In this document: positions 51,603-62,470 of the stretch, in pieces
Position numbering within the stretch: the first letter of the stretch is position 1
Layout of the letters: each line of letters starts with the position of its first letter
Made by a program: the position numbers and the translations under genes
The notes under the pieces: generated by a model
Databases searched by the model: none
Seen by the model: only the letters and a program-made list of their open reading frames with translations
Told to the model about the DNA's origin: nothing
DNA from: Spirochaetia bacterium
GTDB lineage: Bacteria > Spirochaetota > Spirochaetia > SP-2023
DNA: 64,000 nt
Reading direction: 5' to 3'
Assembly: GCA_965225855.1 (NCBI GenBank)
Contig: CBDDCK010000005.1
Span: forward strand, 1,088,001-1,152,000

Positions 51603-53087
51603 TTACGTTTTTTGTCGCAGAAGCAATAATGCTCCCAATATTAAAAATATAATATTGCTGGCAAACATCAGCAAAAACGGTGGTATTTCGAGACTATTAG
51701 AACGCCCTAACAATCGCCCCCCAGCCAAGCTGCTCCAAAATATTCCCGACAACACTAAGCCCAACAAAAAGCCAATTGAACGGCCATAGCGTTTGGCTAA
51801 AGACCCTAAACTGAAAGCCAACACCATAAACGGAATGCAGGAAAATGGAATCGCTAAACGCAGGTATAAAGCCATTTTATAGCTAAATACTTTACCATCG
51901 TACAAATTCGATGGCCGATTGACGGCTGAATTTTGAGCAGACTTCAGATGACTTTTTGTCAAACTTTCATCGGTTGTCATATAAAAACTCTTGTAGGAAG
52001 AACGATAGTGCATTTGGTATTCTAATGTGCGTACATCATAGTTATTGCGCAAGTCCTGTTCTTCCTGCTCTATTTCGCGTATCGAACGAATGAGTTCCCA
52101 TGATTGACGGTCATTGGGAGTTAGGTTATACGTTTCGGTAACATCGCCAAGCAACACATTGTAAAGTACCGAGCTTGCCGACATATAGCTATACTTTTGT
52201 GGTTCTAAGTTACTGGCAATGGTAGTGGTTACATCGTCTAAAATAAATGGCACAACACCGCTGGGCCGTTCTTCGGCTAATCGGGCTTTTTTGGCAAAAA
52301 AGATCCTACGGTTTAAATCTTGGTCATAATCGACAATAATTAAATCATTGATAATCTCATCGTTGACGGTACCAGAAATAATATAGGTATTGCGTCCGTT
52401 ATCGCTGCGAAATGAACGCACAGAATATGGATTGATTATCACTTTGGGATTATTGCTCAACAATTGTAATATAATTTTTTTGGTATTAATGCGCCCCAAC
52501 GGCAAAAAATAATCGCTAAAAATAAAGCTGCCAATCGCCGTAATAAAGCTGCACACCAATAAAGGGACTAAAATATTAGCACGCCGAACACTACAAGTTC
52601 GGAAAGCCAGCATTTGATTGCTGGCGGCCAAATGGCTAATGGCCATCAAAGCCCCCACCAAAACCGAAAATGGCAAACTCAAACTAACATTGGTAGGAAT
52701 GTTGTAGTAAATTAATCGGAGGATCGCCCACAGTGGTAGGCCTTCACCGGCATACTTGCGCGCCACCAACAATAAAGCGTTGACTAAAAAGATAAAAAAG
52801 AAAAAGGCAAATGAAATAACAAATGAAAATAAAAATTCGGCGACTATATAGCGCGAAATAATCGGAAGGCCCAAAAAGCGCAATAAGTTAAAAGGCCGAA
52901 ACCAGTATAAAAACAACTGCAGTCTACGCAAAAAGTTTACAGCTTCTAAACTATTTTGCTCCTTGCCATTTTGTGTTTTATGGCTTGTTGTGCTTTTTTT
53001 GTATTGGGCATTGTACTGTGGTGAAAAATCTTCGCGCACATAGCTTTGCGGTTGAGATTCTACAGGCTGATTTTGAGGAGAATACAT
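51603..53087 (-). CDS. lptF: LptF/LptG-family permease
   Basis: IISRYIVAEF, LSLPFSVL, NQMLAFR and RLAIPFSC motifs. Confidence 0.75.
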   Translation of the reverse strand: MYSPQNQPVESQPQSYVREDFSPQYNAQYKKSTTSHKTQNGKEQNSLEAVNFLRRLQLFLYWFRPFNLLRFLGLPIISRYIVAEFLFSFVISFAFFFFIFLVNALLLVARKYAGEGLPLWAILRLIYYNIPTNVSLSLPFSVLVGALMAISHLAASNQMLAFRTCSVRRANILVPLLVCSFITAIGSFIFSDYFLPLGRINTKKIILQLLSNNPKVIINPYSVRSFRSDNGRNTYIISGTVNDEIINDLIIVDYDQDLNRRIFFAKKARLAEERPSGVVPFILDDVTTTIASNLEPQKYSYMSASSVLYNVLLGDVTETYNLTPNDRQSWELIRSIREIEQEEQDLRNNYDVRTLEYQMHYRSSYKSFYMTTDESLTKSHLKSAQNSAVNRPSNLYDGKVFSYKMALYLRLAIPFSCIPFMVLAFSLGSLAKRYGRSIGFLLGLVLSGIFWSSLAGGRLLGRSNSLEIPPFLLMFASNIIFLILGALLLLRQKT

Positions 53088-53117
53088 ATTAGTTTTACAT
53101 TTTCCAATTGCAGAAAA

Positions 53118-54209
53118 CTAGCGAAAATAATTATTAATATAGGCTTCCCTAGCTGCATTGTGATCATCAAAAGACGCGCTAAAAGTATGTGTGCCTTTGG
53201 CAGCGTCCTTCACGACAAAAAATAAATAGTCTGTTTTAGCTGAATGAAATACCGCATTCAAGGCGATGCGCCCCACGCTGGCGATAGGCTGAGGTGGCAA
53301 TCCTTGGTTTAAATAGGTATTGTAAGGGGATAGTTGTTCTAAATCCCTAAACAAAATTCGGTTAGGGTGGGGGAGGCCCAGCTCTTCGGTTAAAACATAG
53401 ACAATTGTGGCGCAAGATTCTAGCTTAATACCTTGCTTGAACCGATTCCAAAATACCGAAGCAATTATAGGAGCTTCCTCGGTAGCACGGTATTCTTTTT
53501 GTACAATAGAGGCTAATACCAGATTTTGGTAAAGCTGCTGGGGGGCTATATCGCGCCATTTTGGCACAATCTTTTCCAAATTATTGACAAAATTTTTCAG
53601 CATGAGCTCAATCATTTTTTCAGCAGAAAAAGTCTTAGGTAAAAAGTAAGTATCGGGGAATAAAAAACCTTCCAAAGTAAATTGTTCGGGTGCCTGTGAA
53701 TATGCTGAAGGTAAGGGTAAATGATATTTTAGAGCATATTTACCGACTTTGCGACTTTCTTCCAAAAAAGCTTTGGCAGAAAGGATTTCTTTTTTCTCCA
53801 AAAGTAAGGCAACTTGGCGGCGACTCAATCCTTCGGGAATGGTTATCGAATATGTTTTTTGCGGCTGGGCAATTTGGAAAAAAGCAATCAATTCTTGGGT
53901 ATTGAGAAAACGAGGCCAAATATATGAACCCGCTTTCAAAGTAATTGGCTTTTTGTGCAGTCGAAGCTGAACTTGAAGCTGAATTTTGTACCAGAGCAGA
54001 GAACGGATTAAATTTTCATTTTTTAATCGCAGCCCTAGGCTATTCCAAGTATCGCCATCAGAAATAGTAAATTCTCGACCAATCCAATTGCTTTGTGCTG
54101 GGCTCGGGCTGTTGGCCATTTGGGATAAAAAGAATACAGCTATGGCTGTAAAAATAACCAATAATATAGCGATTAAGAAAAGGATTTTTATCTTAGGCAT
54201 CTTAAGCAT
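53118..54209 (-). CDS. mltG: Endolytic transglycosylase MltG
   Basis: ITIPEG, LEGFLFPDTY, LASIVQKE, SPYNTY...GLPP and YLFFV motifs. Confidence 0.95.
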   Translation of the reverse strand: MLKMPKIKILFLIAILLVIFTAIAVFFLSQMANSPSPAQSNWIGREFTISDGDTWNSLGLRLKNENLIRSLLWYKIQLQVQLRLHKKPITLKAGSYIWPRFLNTQELIAFFQIAQPQKTYSITIPEGLSRRQVALLLEKKEILSAKAFLEESRKVGKYALKYHLPLPSAYSQAPEQFTLEGFLFPDTYFLPKTFSAEKMIELMLKNFVNNLEKIVPKWRDIAPQQLYQNLVLASIVQKEYRATEEAPIIASVFWNRFKQGIKLESCATIVYVLTEELGLPHPNRILFRDLEQLSPYNTYLNQGLPPQPIASVGRIALNAVFHSAKTDYLFFVVKDAAKGTHTFSASFDDHNAAREAYINNYFR

Positions 54210-54247
54210 TAGTCTCCTTCGGTTGTATGAAAAATAACAAACTATTT

Positions 54248-54697
54248 TTAACGGCTCAATGGTTTTCTTTCTGCCAATTCAGCCAAAATTTTAGAAATTT
54301 TTTCAAAGCTGTGGCGCTGTCCTTGATTCATGCCTGGGCATTGCAAAGCCTCTTCCTCCCAGTCTTGTTGAGAAGCAAGATTTTGTGGCCAAAATGGATA
54401 CGATGAACATTGCAAAGGGCGGACTGGATATATGCTACAACCATTCGACCAGAAAATACAATCATACTCTGGGGTCTCGGTAAAAGAGAGCCGATTGACA
54501 CCGCCAAAAGATACTTCACGAGTATATTTTTTACGAAAAACAGCAGGTGGAATACGCAGGTAATGACATATTTTTGCCATTTCTTCTGCACTGAAAAACA
54601 CATAACCTTCTTCATGGCGGCAGCAGGCATGGCAACCTGTGCAAGAAAATTGTAAACCGTCAGCAAAAAAATTTTTAGGAGAAGATGATTCAGACAT
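54248..54697 (-). CDS. YkgJ-family cysteine-cluster protein
   Basis: CTGCHACC, CIFW, CSIYPVRPLQCSSYPFW and CPG motifs. Confidence 0.9.
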   Translation of the reverse strand: MSESSSPKNFFADGLQFSCTGCHACCRHEEGYVFFSAEEMAKICHYLRIPPAVFRKKYTREVSFGGVNRLSFTETPEYDCIFWSNGCSIYPVRPLQCSSYPFWPQNLASQQDWEEEALQCPGMNQGQRHSFEKISKILAELAERKPLSR

Positions 54698-54811
54698 AAA
54701 TAAAACAATAATTCTACTGGAGAGTTGCTTTTATTTCAATTCCCTGTATATTTTGCTTCCTTGTTTTTAGCTGGCTTATCAAATGAATCGAATAAGTGGA
54801 AAGGAAGATCG

Positions 54812-55618
54812 ATGAGAAACCTCTATAGTATTTGGAGAATTGTATTTGGAGTATTATTATTTCTCTTTGCGTTATTTTTAGGTTATGTTCAATTTCAGCC
54901 GGATCCTATCGAAGAATGGTTGCCTTACTCTACTGTAACGCAGCATCTTCTGCTAGTCCGCCACCAAAATTATATTTTGGGTTACCATGAAAGTAGCAAA
55001 CAGCCAGCTTGGGTGCTCTACGAATTGCTGGCTTCTGAGTTGACGGGGAAACGCCAGCAACGCAGTAATAATTTCCGAGAAGACCCTAAAATTTTAACGG
55101 GCTCGGCAAGCTTAATGGATTACCGCAAAAGTGGTTACGATCGAGGCCATTTGGCCCCTGCTGCCGATATGGCTTTTTCGGCAACAGCGATGAATGAATC
55201 TTTTTATCTGTCCAATATCAGCCCGCAAAAACCAGGTTTTAATCGGGGCATTTGGCGTGAGTTGGAAAGTTTAATTCGCACTTGGGCAATTCAATACCAA
55301 AGGCTCATTATTGTTACTGCAGGGGTTGTTACAGGCGAGTCAATCGAGCAAATATCTTACATTGGTGAAAACCGAGTATGGGTTCCACGCTACTACTATA
55401 AAATTGTCTATGACCCGCACAGAAAGACCATGATTGCTTTTTTACTGGAAAATCAAAGTTATCAATTTCGACCAGATGAAGACCTTGCTATATTTGCGAC
55501 TTCTGTTGATCAAATAGAAAAAATGACCAAGCTTGATTTCTTCCCCCGTATACCCGATGTTGAGGAAAAACGTATGGAGGCTTATAGCGATGTACAAGAT
55601 TGGGATTTTGAAGAATAA
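54812..55618 (+). CDS. DNA/RNA non-specific endonuclease (NucA/EndoG family)
   Basis: YDRGHLAPA, SNISPQ and FNRGIW..LE motifs; N-terminal TM helix. Confidence 0.93.
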   Translation: MRNLYSIWRIVFGVLLFLFALFLGYVQFQPDPIEEWLPYSTVTQHLLLVRHQNYILGYHESSKQPAWVLYELLASELTGKRQQRSNNFREDPKILTGSASLMDYRKSGYDRGHLAPAADMAFSATAMNESFYLSNISPQKPGFNRGIWRELESLIRTWAIQYQRLIIVTAGVVTGESIEQISYIGENRVWVPRYYYKIVYDPHRKTMIAFLLENQSYQFRPDEDLAIFATSVDQIEKMTKLDFFPRIPDVEEKRMEAYSDVQDWDFEE

Positions 55619-55647
55619 TCCCCAAAAGAAAAGCAAAGGAAGATAAT

Positions 55648-57066
55648 ATGAAGCGTTACTTTGCCGACTACAAAACAATCGTTTTATTAGCTTATCCTGT
55701 GATCCTTAGCAATGCGGTAGATACTCTAATGATGATGGTCGATCGTTTCTTTTTATCGCGCTTTGGCAATGCAGCAGAAATTATGCTGGGTGCTGCTATG
55801 GGGGGTGGTATTATTGCCTATATGCTGCAAGCTCCAATAACGGGCTTGCTCCTATACACCAATGCCATGATCTCACAAAATTTTGGCCGCAAGCAACTAC
55901 CACGCTGTGCCCAAGTAACATCACAGGCAATGTACTGGGTGCTACTGTATTATCCATTCATGTTGGCTTTAAGCTATTTAATACCATCAACTTTAGCGTG
56001 GATGGAGCATGACCCTGCATTGGCAAAAGCCGAATGGGACTATTCTCGCATTTTAATTGCAGGCAATATTTTTGCTATTTTGCGCATTCCGCTCAATAGT
56101 TTTTTTATTGCCAGTAACCGTTCTAATTTAGTGATGAAAGTTTCTTTTGCCGCTTTATTGCTGAATATTCCACTGAATTATTGGTTCATTTTTGATATGC
56201 CTTTACACTTACACTTGGGGAGGCGTTTGGGGCTTTGGAATTTACAGCCTAGTAGCTTGGGACTTAGTACGGGAATTGCTGGAGCTGCTTTGGCAACAGT
56301 GCTTTCGCAATCCTTAGCTTGTGCTTTATTGCTATTAGTTTTTTTGCGCCAGCAACGCAAATATCGAGTTGCTGAGTCTTGGCGTGCGTGTTTTCAACTG
56401 CATCAAGAATTATTGCGTTACGGTTTGCCAACCTCGTTAGAACTATTTTTGAATATGTTTGCCATCAATGGTTTTATGATGTTATTTTATTCCATTAGTC
56501 CTTTGGTGGCTGCTGCTGGTACTATTACTCTTAGCTGGGACTTATGTAATTTTATTTTACTTTTGGGCATTAGTACGGCCACAACTACGCTAGTAGGCCA
56601 AAGCCTTGGTTCGGGGAATATAGCCTTAGCTAAGCGTTATACTCACTTGATTTTAGTAGGTGCTTTGATTTTTTCCGGTATTCTTAGTTTATGGTTTTTC
56701 TTTGCGCCGGATTTATTGAGCCAATTTTTTATCACCGATTCAGCAATTGACCCAGAAGGTTTGCGCAACATGAGCCGCAAAATGCTGCGTTTATCGGCAT
56801 TTTATTTACTGGCAGATGCCTGTGGTTCGGTCATGCGTGGCACTTTAAGTGGGGCTGGGGATACTTTTGTTGTCATGTTAATTTCTGTTTCAATGCATTT
56901 TGTGTTACTACTTGGGGCTGTGATATTGCGAAAAACATTACATGCAGATGCTATAGAACTTTGGATTTTGTTTGGTATTTTTATCTTATTGGTCAATGCC
57001 GCTTTTACAATCCGCTACCTCAAAGGACCTTGGGCTAGCCGCTGGCATCTTGCTTCACAAAAGTAA
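55648..57066 (+). CDS. MATE-family efflux transporter
   Basis: About 12 TM segments; SQNFG, GIAGAALATV, LVGQSLG and LSGAGDT motifs. Confidence 0.9.
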   Translation: MKRYFADYKTIVLLAYPVILSNAVDTLMMMVDRFFLSRFGNAAEIMLGAAMGGGIIAYMLQAPITGLLLYTNAMISQNFGRKQLPRCAQVTSQAMYWVLLYYPFMLALSYLIPSTLAWMEHDPALAKAEWDYSRILIAGNIFAILRIPLNSFFIASNRSNLVMKVSFAALLLNIPLNYWFIFDMPLHLHLGRRLGLWNLQPSSLGLSTGIAGAALATVLSQSLACALLLLVFLRQQRKYRVAESWRACFQLHQELLRYGLPTSLELFLNMFAINGFMMLFYSISPLVAAAGTITLSWDLCNFILLLGISTATTTLVGQSLGSGNIALAKRYTHLILVGALIFSGILSLWFFFAPDLLSQFFITDSAIDPEGLRNMSRKMLRLSAFYLLADACGSVMRGTLSGAGDTFVVMLISVSMHFVLLLGAVILRKTLHADAIELWILFGIFILLVNAAFTIRYLKGPWASRWHLASQK

Positions 57067-57208
57067 ATATATAAAGTCTTAGATTGCTCTTGCAAGCTTT
57101 TGAGCCCTTACATCTGCACCTAGCACTAGCAAAAAAACGCCATTTAGATAGCTTTAGTTTTTTGCTATTCATTATTTATCTTTTTTTAGTTACAGAAAGG
57201 AAAAGTCT

Positions 57209-60200
57209 ATGAAAAATAACTTTAAGGAACTTTTGCAATATTTAGGATTTTCGGAAGACAATAATATCTTTAGCAAAAACTTTTCTGAAAATTCTTACCT
57301 AAAAGTGGATTTTCAAAAACAAGAAATAATCTATCCCGAAGACCAAGGTTTAAAAGTCAATGAACGCCAGACTTGTAATTTTTCGTCTGCGGAAAATATA
57401 GTTGTGTTGGAATGTGTGCATAGATTATTGGCCAAAGGCTATAAGCCAGAACATATAGAACTAGAACCCAAATGGAAACTTGGGCACGGCGCAAGTGGTG
57501 GCAGAGCCGATATTTTAGTAAAAGACCAAGAAGAGAAGCCATTACTGTTAATAGAATGCAAAACATATGGCAAAGAATTTAATAAAGAATGGGAGGAAAC
57601 TTGCCAAAATGGTGGGCAATTATTTTCTTATGCGCAACAAATTTCTGCAGTAGAATACTTATGCCTTTACGCCAGTAGCTTTGATATAAAAACCAAAGAA
57701 ATAACTGTTACCCACAAAATTATTGCCCACAAAGACAATCAGAAGATTTTAGAAAATACCCAAAAAGAAACACAAATGAAGTCTTTTCAAGAGGCAAAAA
57801 ATGTAGAACAACGCTTTGAGGTTTGGAAAAATACTTATCAATTAGAATTTACCACTAAGGGTATTTTTGAAGAAGATATACAAACCTACCAAATTGGCAA
57901 AGAGAAGTATACCTTAGAACACGATACCAAAGAAACCAGCAATACCGATAAAGATGGCAAATATCACCAATTTGCTACCATTTTGCGTAAGCATAATATT
58001 GCCCGCAAAGAGACTGCTTTTGAAGTATTAGTCAATTTATTTTTGTGCAAAATTGTTGATGAAGAAAACAATTCCACTAATCTCAAAAACGACTCCATTG
58101 GTCTTCAATTTTATTGGAAGGGCATTGCCTACGACGATTATTATGAATTTATTGACCGACTGCAGGCATTATACCAACAAGGTATGCGCAAACTTTTGCA
58201 TGAAGAAATTATATATGTTAGCAATGAGGACATACGTGATGCGTTTTGGACAGTAAAGAATAATCGCAATGCAACAAAGAAAAAGATTGAGGAACATTTT
58301 AGAAAGTTAAAATTTTATTCTAACAATGCGTTTTCTTTAATTGATGTACACAATGAACAAAAGTTTAATCGCAATACCAAAATATTGGTAGAGCTGGTGC
58401 AAATGTGGCAAGATTTGCGCTTAAAGACGGATTCGCAAAACCAATTTTTGGGCGATATGTTTGAGTTTTTCTTAGATAATAGTATCAAGCAATCCGAAGG
58501 ACAATACTTTACCCCAATACCCATTACCAAATTTATTGTTGGTTGTTTGCCGCTAAAAGATAAAATTTCTAACAAAGAAGAACCGCTTAATGCGATTGAT
58601 TTTGCCTGTGGTTCGGGGCATTTTTTAACCGAATACGCCCATCAAATAGAACCAATGGTAAAAGATTTGTTCCCAAGTAATGATTTGCTTGAAGTAAAAA
58701 ATCGGCTAAAACAATACTATGGACAAACCATAGGTATTGAAAAAGAAGATCGTTTGGCAAAGATTGCCAAGGTTTCGGTACAGATGTATGGGCAGGGGGA
58801 GATTGATATTTTAGAACAAGATGCGCTGATGGTGAGCGATAAAATCAAAGAACAAAGTTTTGATATATTGGTAGCCAACCCGCCTTTTTCAGTGAAAGGT
58901 TTTTTACAGAATTTAGATGAAAGGCAAAAAGATAACTATCAATTGAGTTCAACTGCCGATTCTGATAGCAATAATATTCAATGTTTTTTTATTGAAAGAG
59001 CCCAGCAATTGATGGCGGCCAGCGGGGTAGTCGGGCTTATTTTGCCTTCTTCGGTGCTTTCTAATAATGATAGTACCACTGTAGGTGCGCGGGAAATTAT
59101 CTTAAAGTATTTTAATATTGTGGCTTTGGTAGAGCTTGGCAGCGGCACTTTTGGCAAAACAGGCACCAATACCGTGGTATTGTTTTTAGAGCGTAAAAGC
59201 CAAAACCCCGAACCGAGTGAGCATTATGACAACCGCGTAAACGATTTTTTTAATAGTAATTGTTTGCAAGATACCGATAGCCAAACCAATTTTGAACAAT
59301 ACCAAGACCTATATTTTATTGAACAATATTGCCAGCATGTTGGCCTGCCTTTGGCAGAATATAAAAAACTATTTGGCATAACGAAAGAGAATTATACTAA
59401 GTTAGCCAAACTATTAGAACAAAATATATTTGTAGAATACCACAAAGCATTTAACGGCGGTAGCGAATTGAAAAGCCTAAAAAGCAAAAAATGGTATAAA
59501 GATTTGGCCGATGAAACCAAACAACAAGCCGAAGAAAATGAAATTTTTATTAAGCATTTGCACAAGATAGAAAAAGAAAAACTGTTTTATTTTATGCTGG
59601 CCTATAGCAATAAGCACAAGGTATTAATTATTAAAAGCCCCAGTGAAGCGAAAAAACAAAAGCAATTTTTGGGTTATGAATGGAGCGGTTCTAAGGGCAA
59701 TGAAGGCATCAAATACAACGGTGGCGACAATATTTATGATATTATTACCCCACTTTTTAACCCCAATGATTTTGAAGACCCAAGTAAAATCAATACATTG
59801 ATTCGGCAAAACTTCCTAAAGCAAGACCCTAACAACCTAGAGAACTTTGCAGAATATACCGATCAGATTCACTATGTGGATACCACAGATTTACTGGACT
59901 TTGGCCGTATTGATTTTACTAAAAGCTTTTCTCTGAACGCAACCAAACAGCAAAATATAGCAATAAAAACTAAATGGCCGCTGGTAAAATTGGGGGAAAT
60001 ATATCTTGAAGAAAAAGGTCTTAAAGTAAAAGCTGGGCTTGGTAATTATCTTGAAATTGGAGATATTAATATCAATACAAAGCAATATGATATTAATAAT
60101 AAGAGTAAGCTAACTGTTGAAGGAGCAATTAAAGTTCCTAAAGATACAATATTAATTTCAACTGTTAGGCCATCAAGAGGTGCAATAACGATTACAACTT

Positions 60201-61069
60201 CAGAAGTTAATGTCTCTAATGCTTTTTTTAAAATGAAACAGAATAATAAATATTTGTATCATATTTTAAATCAAGATATATTTTTTAATTACTTAGGAAG
60301 TGTAGCAAAAGGTGGACAATACCCAACTTGTAAGAAGAATGATATTCTAAATTTCAAAATCCCCCTGCCACCACCAGAAATACAAACAGAGATTGTCAAT
60401 GAATGCGAAGCCATAGACCAAGAGAGCCAAAGCGCACAACAAACTATTACACAGGCCAAAGCAGAAATTGAAAGTAAGGTAAAGGCCGTAATTGATGCGG
60501 GACATGCAGAAAAGAAATTGGGGGAAATTGCAGAAATTGTAATAGGAGGAACACCTTCCAGAAAGGTATCAAAATATTTTCAAGGTAGTAATCTCTGGGT
60601 TTCAATTGCAGAAATGAACGGGCAAATTATAACAGATACAAAAGAAAAAATAACAGAAGAAGCAATAGAAAAATCTAATGTAAAACTTATTCCTAAAGGA
60701 ACAACTCTTTTAAGTTTTAAGCTTTCCATTGGAAAAACTGCTATAGCTGGACAAGATTTATATACAAATGAAGCGATTGCAGGACTAATACCAAAAGATA
60801 ATGATACGATTTCAAACCAATATTTATACCATTTATTTAGTGCAAATAATGTAATTGATCTAAATAACATAGGAAAAAAAGCATTTGGGCAAAGCTTAAA
60901 CAGTAAGTTCTTAAAAGAAGAACTTACAATCCCCGTTCCGCCTTTGGAAGAACAAAACCAGCTCATTGCCCAAGTGGAATTGCTGGAAAATAAAATTACC
61001 CGTGCCCAACAAACCATAGAACAAGCCCCACAACAAAAGCAAATGGTTTTAGAAAAACATCTACAATAA
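57209..61069 (+). CDS. Fused restriction-modification enzyme (type IIG-like: endonuclease, m6A methyltransferase, two specificity domains)
   Basis: RADILV...LIECK (PD-D/ExK), GQYFTP, DFACGSG and NPPF motifs; two TRD blocks ending IPLPP and IPVPP. Confidence 0.9.
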   Translation: MKNNFKELLQYLGFSEDNNIFSKNFSENSYLKVDFQKQEIIYPEDQGLKVNERQTCNFSSAENIVVLECVHRLLAKGYKPEHIELEPKWKLGHGASGGRADILVKDQEEKPLLLIECKTYGKEFNKEWEETCQNGGQLFSYAQQISAVEYLCLYASSFDIKTKEITVTHKIIAHKDNQKILENTQKETQMKSFQEAKNVEQRFEVWKNTYQLEFTTKGIFEEDIQTYQIGKEKYTLEHDTKETSNTDKDGKYHQFATILRKHNIARKETAFEVLVNLFLCKIVDEENNSTNLKNDSIGLQFYWKGIAYDDYYEFIDRLQALYQQGMRKLLHEEIIYVSNEDIRDAFWTVKNNRNATKKKIEEHFRKLKFYSNNAFSLIDVHNEQKFNRNTKILVELVQMWQDLRLKTDSQNQFLGDMFEFFLDNSIKQSEGQYFTPIPITKFIVGCLPLKDKISNKEEPLNAIDFACGSGHFLTEYAHQIEPMVKDLFPSNDLLEVKNRLKQYYGQTIGIEKEDRLAKIAKVSVQMYGQGEIDILEQDALMVSDKIKEQSFDILVANPPFSVKGFLQNLDERQKDNYQLSSTADSDSNNIQCFFIERAQQLMAASGVVGLILPSSVLSNNDSTTVGAREIILKYFNIVALVELGSGTFGKTGTNTVVLFLERKSQNPEPSEHYDNRVNDFFNSNCLQDTDSQTNFEQYQDLYFIEQYCQHVGLPLAEYKKLFGITKENYTKLAKLLEQNIFVEYHKAFNGGSELKSLKSKKWYKDLADETKQQAEENEIFIKHLHKIEKEKLFYFMLAYSNKHKVLIIKSPSEAKKQKQFLGYEWSGSKGNEGIKYNGGDNIYDIITPLFNPNDFEDPSKINTLIRQNFLKQDPNNLENFAEYTDQIHYVDTTDLLDFGRIDFTKSFSLNATKQQNIAIKTKWPLVKLGEIYLEEKGLKVKAGLGNYLEIGDININTKQYDINNKSKLTVEGAIKVPKDTILISTVRPSRGAITITTSEVNVSNAFFKMKQNNKYLYHILNQDIFFNYLGSVAKGGQYPTCKKNDILNFKIPLPPPEIQTEIVNECEAIDQESQSAQQTITQAKAEIESKVKAVIDAGHAEKKLGEIAEIVIGGTPSRKVSKYFQGSNLWVSIAEMNGQIITDTKEKITEEAIEKSNVKLIPKGTTLLSFKLSIGKTAIAGQDLYTNEAIAGLIPKDNDTISNQYLYHLFSANNVIDLNNIGKKAFGQSLNSKFLKEELTIPVPPLEEQNQLIAQVELLENKITRAQQTIEQAPQQKQMVLEKHLQ

Positions 61070-61238
61070 AGGTGGTGGCTGGTAAACTTTTGGTTTGTTT
61101 CGGTTGCTTCAGTGGGCTTTTCCAAGCAAAAATATAAGCAAGGCCTAAGAAAGCTCTGGGCAGAATTTCAACGACAAAAAACCAAGATACAAAAATGCCT
61201 CGCTGATAGGCCAAACCGCTTAGACCGAATGCCCAATA

Positions 61239-61340
61239 TTGCTTCCCGTATTTAGTCGCGGCTCTTCCCGTATTTAGCCGAAGCTCTTCCCGTATTTAGC
61301 CGAAGCTCTTCCCGTATTTAGCCGAAGCTCTTCCCGTATA
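61239..61340. repeat. 22-bp non-coding tandem repeat, about 4.6 copies
   Basis: GCTCTTCCCGTATTTAGCCGAA at 61261, 61283 and 61305, partial at 61327, degenerate at 61239. Confidence 0.92.
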
Positions 61341-61765
61341 TGTCCCGAGCGCAGAGTGCAAATAACTTTGGCAATATATTGTTTGTTTTGTAGGGTGATG
61401 GTTTTCGCAAAATATCTACAAAAGCAGTGGTTGGTAAACTTTTGGTTAGGGTCGGTTGGGTAAGTCGGCTTTTCCAAATGTAACGGGGCATGAAGAATGG
61501 AATTAATGTTCATGCAAAATGAAACGCAACCAAAACCCCAAAAAAGACACAAAAAAGCGCAAGTACAAAGTCGGTAGGCCAACTATAAACAACCTCGCCC
61601 ATTTTGGGCGAAGTTTAACGCGGGGTAGGCCAACTACAACGAAGGCAAAAGAAGAGTAAAATGATATGTGAGCTGATAGTAAAAAGTTAAAGAATAAAAT
61701 AGACATAGAAATTAAATCTGGATATAATTTTTAGTCAAACCTACTTTATATAGGAGACTTTAACA

Positions 61766-62470
61766 ATGTCACATATTCCAAAGAGGCGAGAAAAAATTTC
61801 TTCCAATTCTTCATTTAAAAAAGAGTCGGTAGAAAATGAGTTATTTCCTGATGAGCTAAAACAAGATAAAATTTACAACCCAGAAGATATTTACAACCCA
61901 GAAGATATTTTGCCTAAAAAAGATATACAGAAGATCGTCTCATGCTTTGAGAGTGCGCATCAAGAATTGCATAGTATTCCTCCAGATACATCAATTTATT
62001 TTGATCAATCAACAAGAGCCCATATATTCAATAGAATATTGCTCGGAAAAACAAAGGAACAAGGGTTTACTATTCATGAAAAGAATAACATAAGTTTACT
62101 TACACGAACAAATGAAGGAAAGAACTATATCTTCAAGTTTAAAAAATATCAGAATGGCTCACCCCAAAACAACCATACTAATACTTCGTTAGAATACGAA
62201 AAAGAAGGAGAGGCAAATTTACCAGGGATTCAAAACCATGAAGCTTTTTTTATTGGCTATGAAGTAGATGAATTTTGGCAATTCAAGTCAATATTTATTG
62301 AAAAAAGACGAGCTGAGATTAGCTCTAATAAAATGAAAATATTGTTTCATGCACCCATATGGCCTAAGTATAGTAGAGCCTTACAAGAGGTAGTAGAACA
62401 ACAAACACCTCCAAATGTTAAAAAGCTCAAATCATTGCAAATCAAGCCAAAGGTAAGAAGAAATGAATGA
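61766..62470 (+). CDS. Hypothetical protein coupled to an XRE-ImmA gene (candidate toxin or effector)
   Basis: AGGAG RBS; stop overlaps the start of the next gene; internal IYNPED duplication. Confidence 0.7.
   Translation: MSHIPKRREKISSNSSFKKESVENELFPDELKQDKIYNPEDIYNPEDILPKKDIQKIVSCFESAHQELHSIPPDTSIYFDQSTRAHIFNRILLGKTKEQGFTIHEKNNISLLTRTNEGKNYIFKFKKYQNGSPQNNHTNTSLEYEKEGEANLPGIQNHEAFFIGYEVDEFWQFKSIFIEKRRAEISSNKMKILFHAPIWPKYSRALQEVVEQQTPPNVKKLKSLQIKPKVRRNE

Noticed and set aside
61059..61066. ATCTACAA matching the start of the CRISPR repeat (also near 61414)
   Set aside because: Only 8 nt; expected by chance.
61576..61632. attC-like or REP-like hairpin (TCGCCCA-TTT-TGGGCGA)
   Set aside because: Lacks the GTT core and correct spacing, and occurs once.
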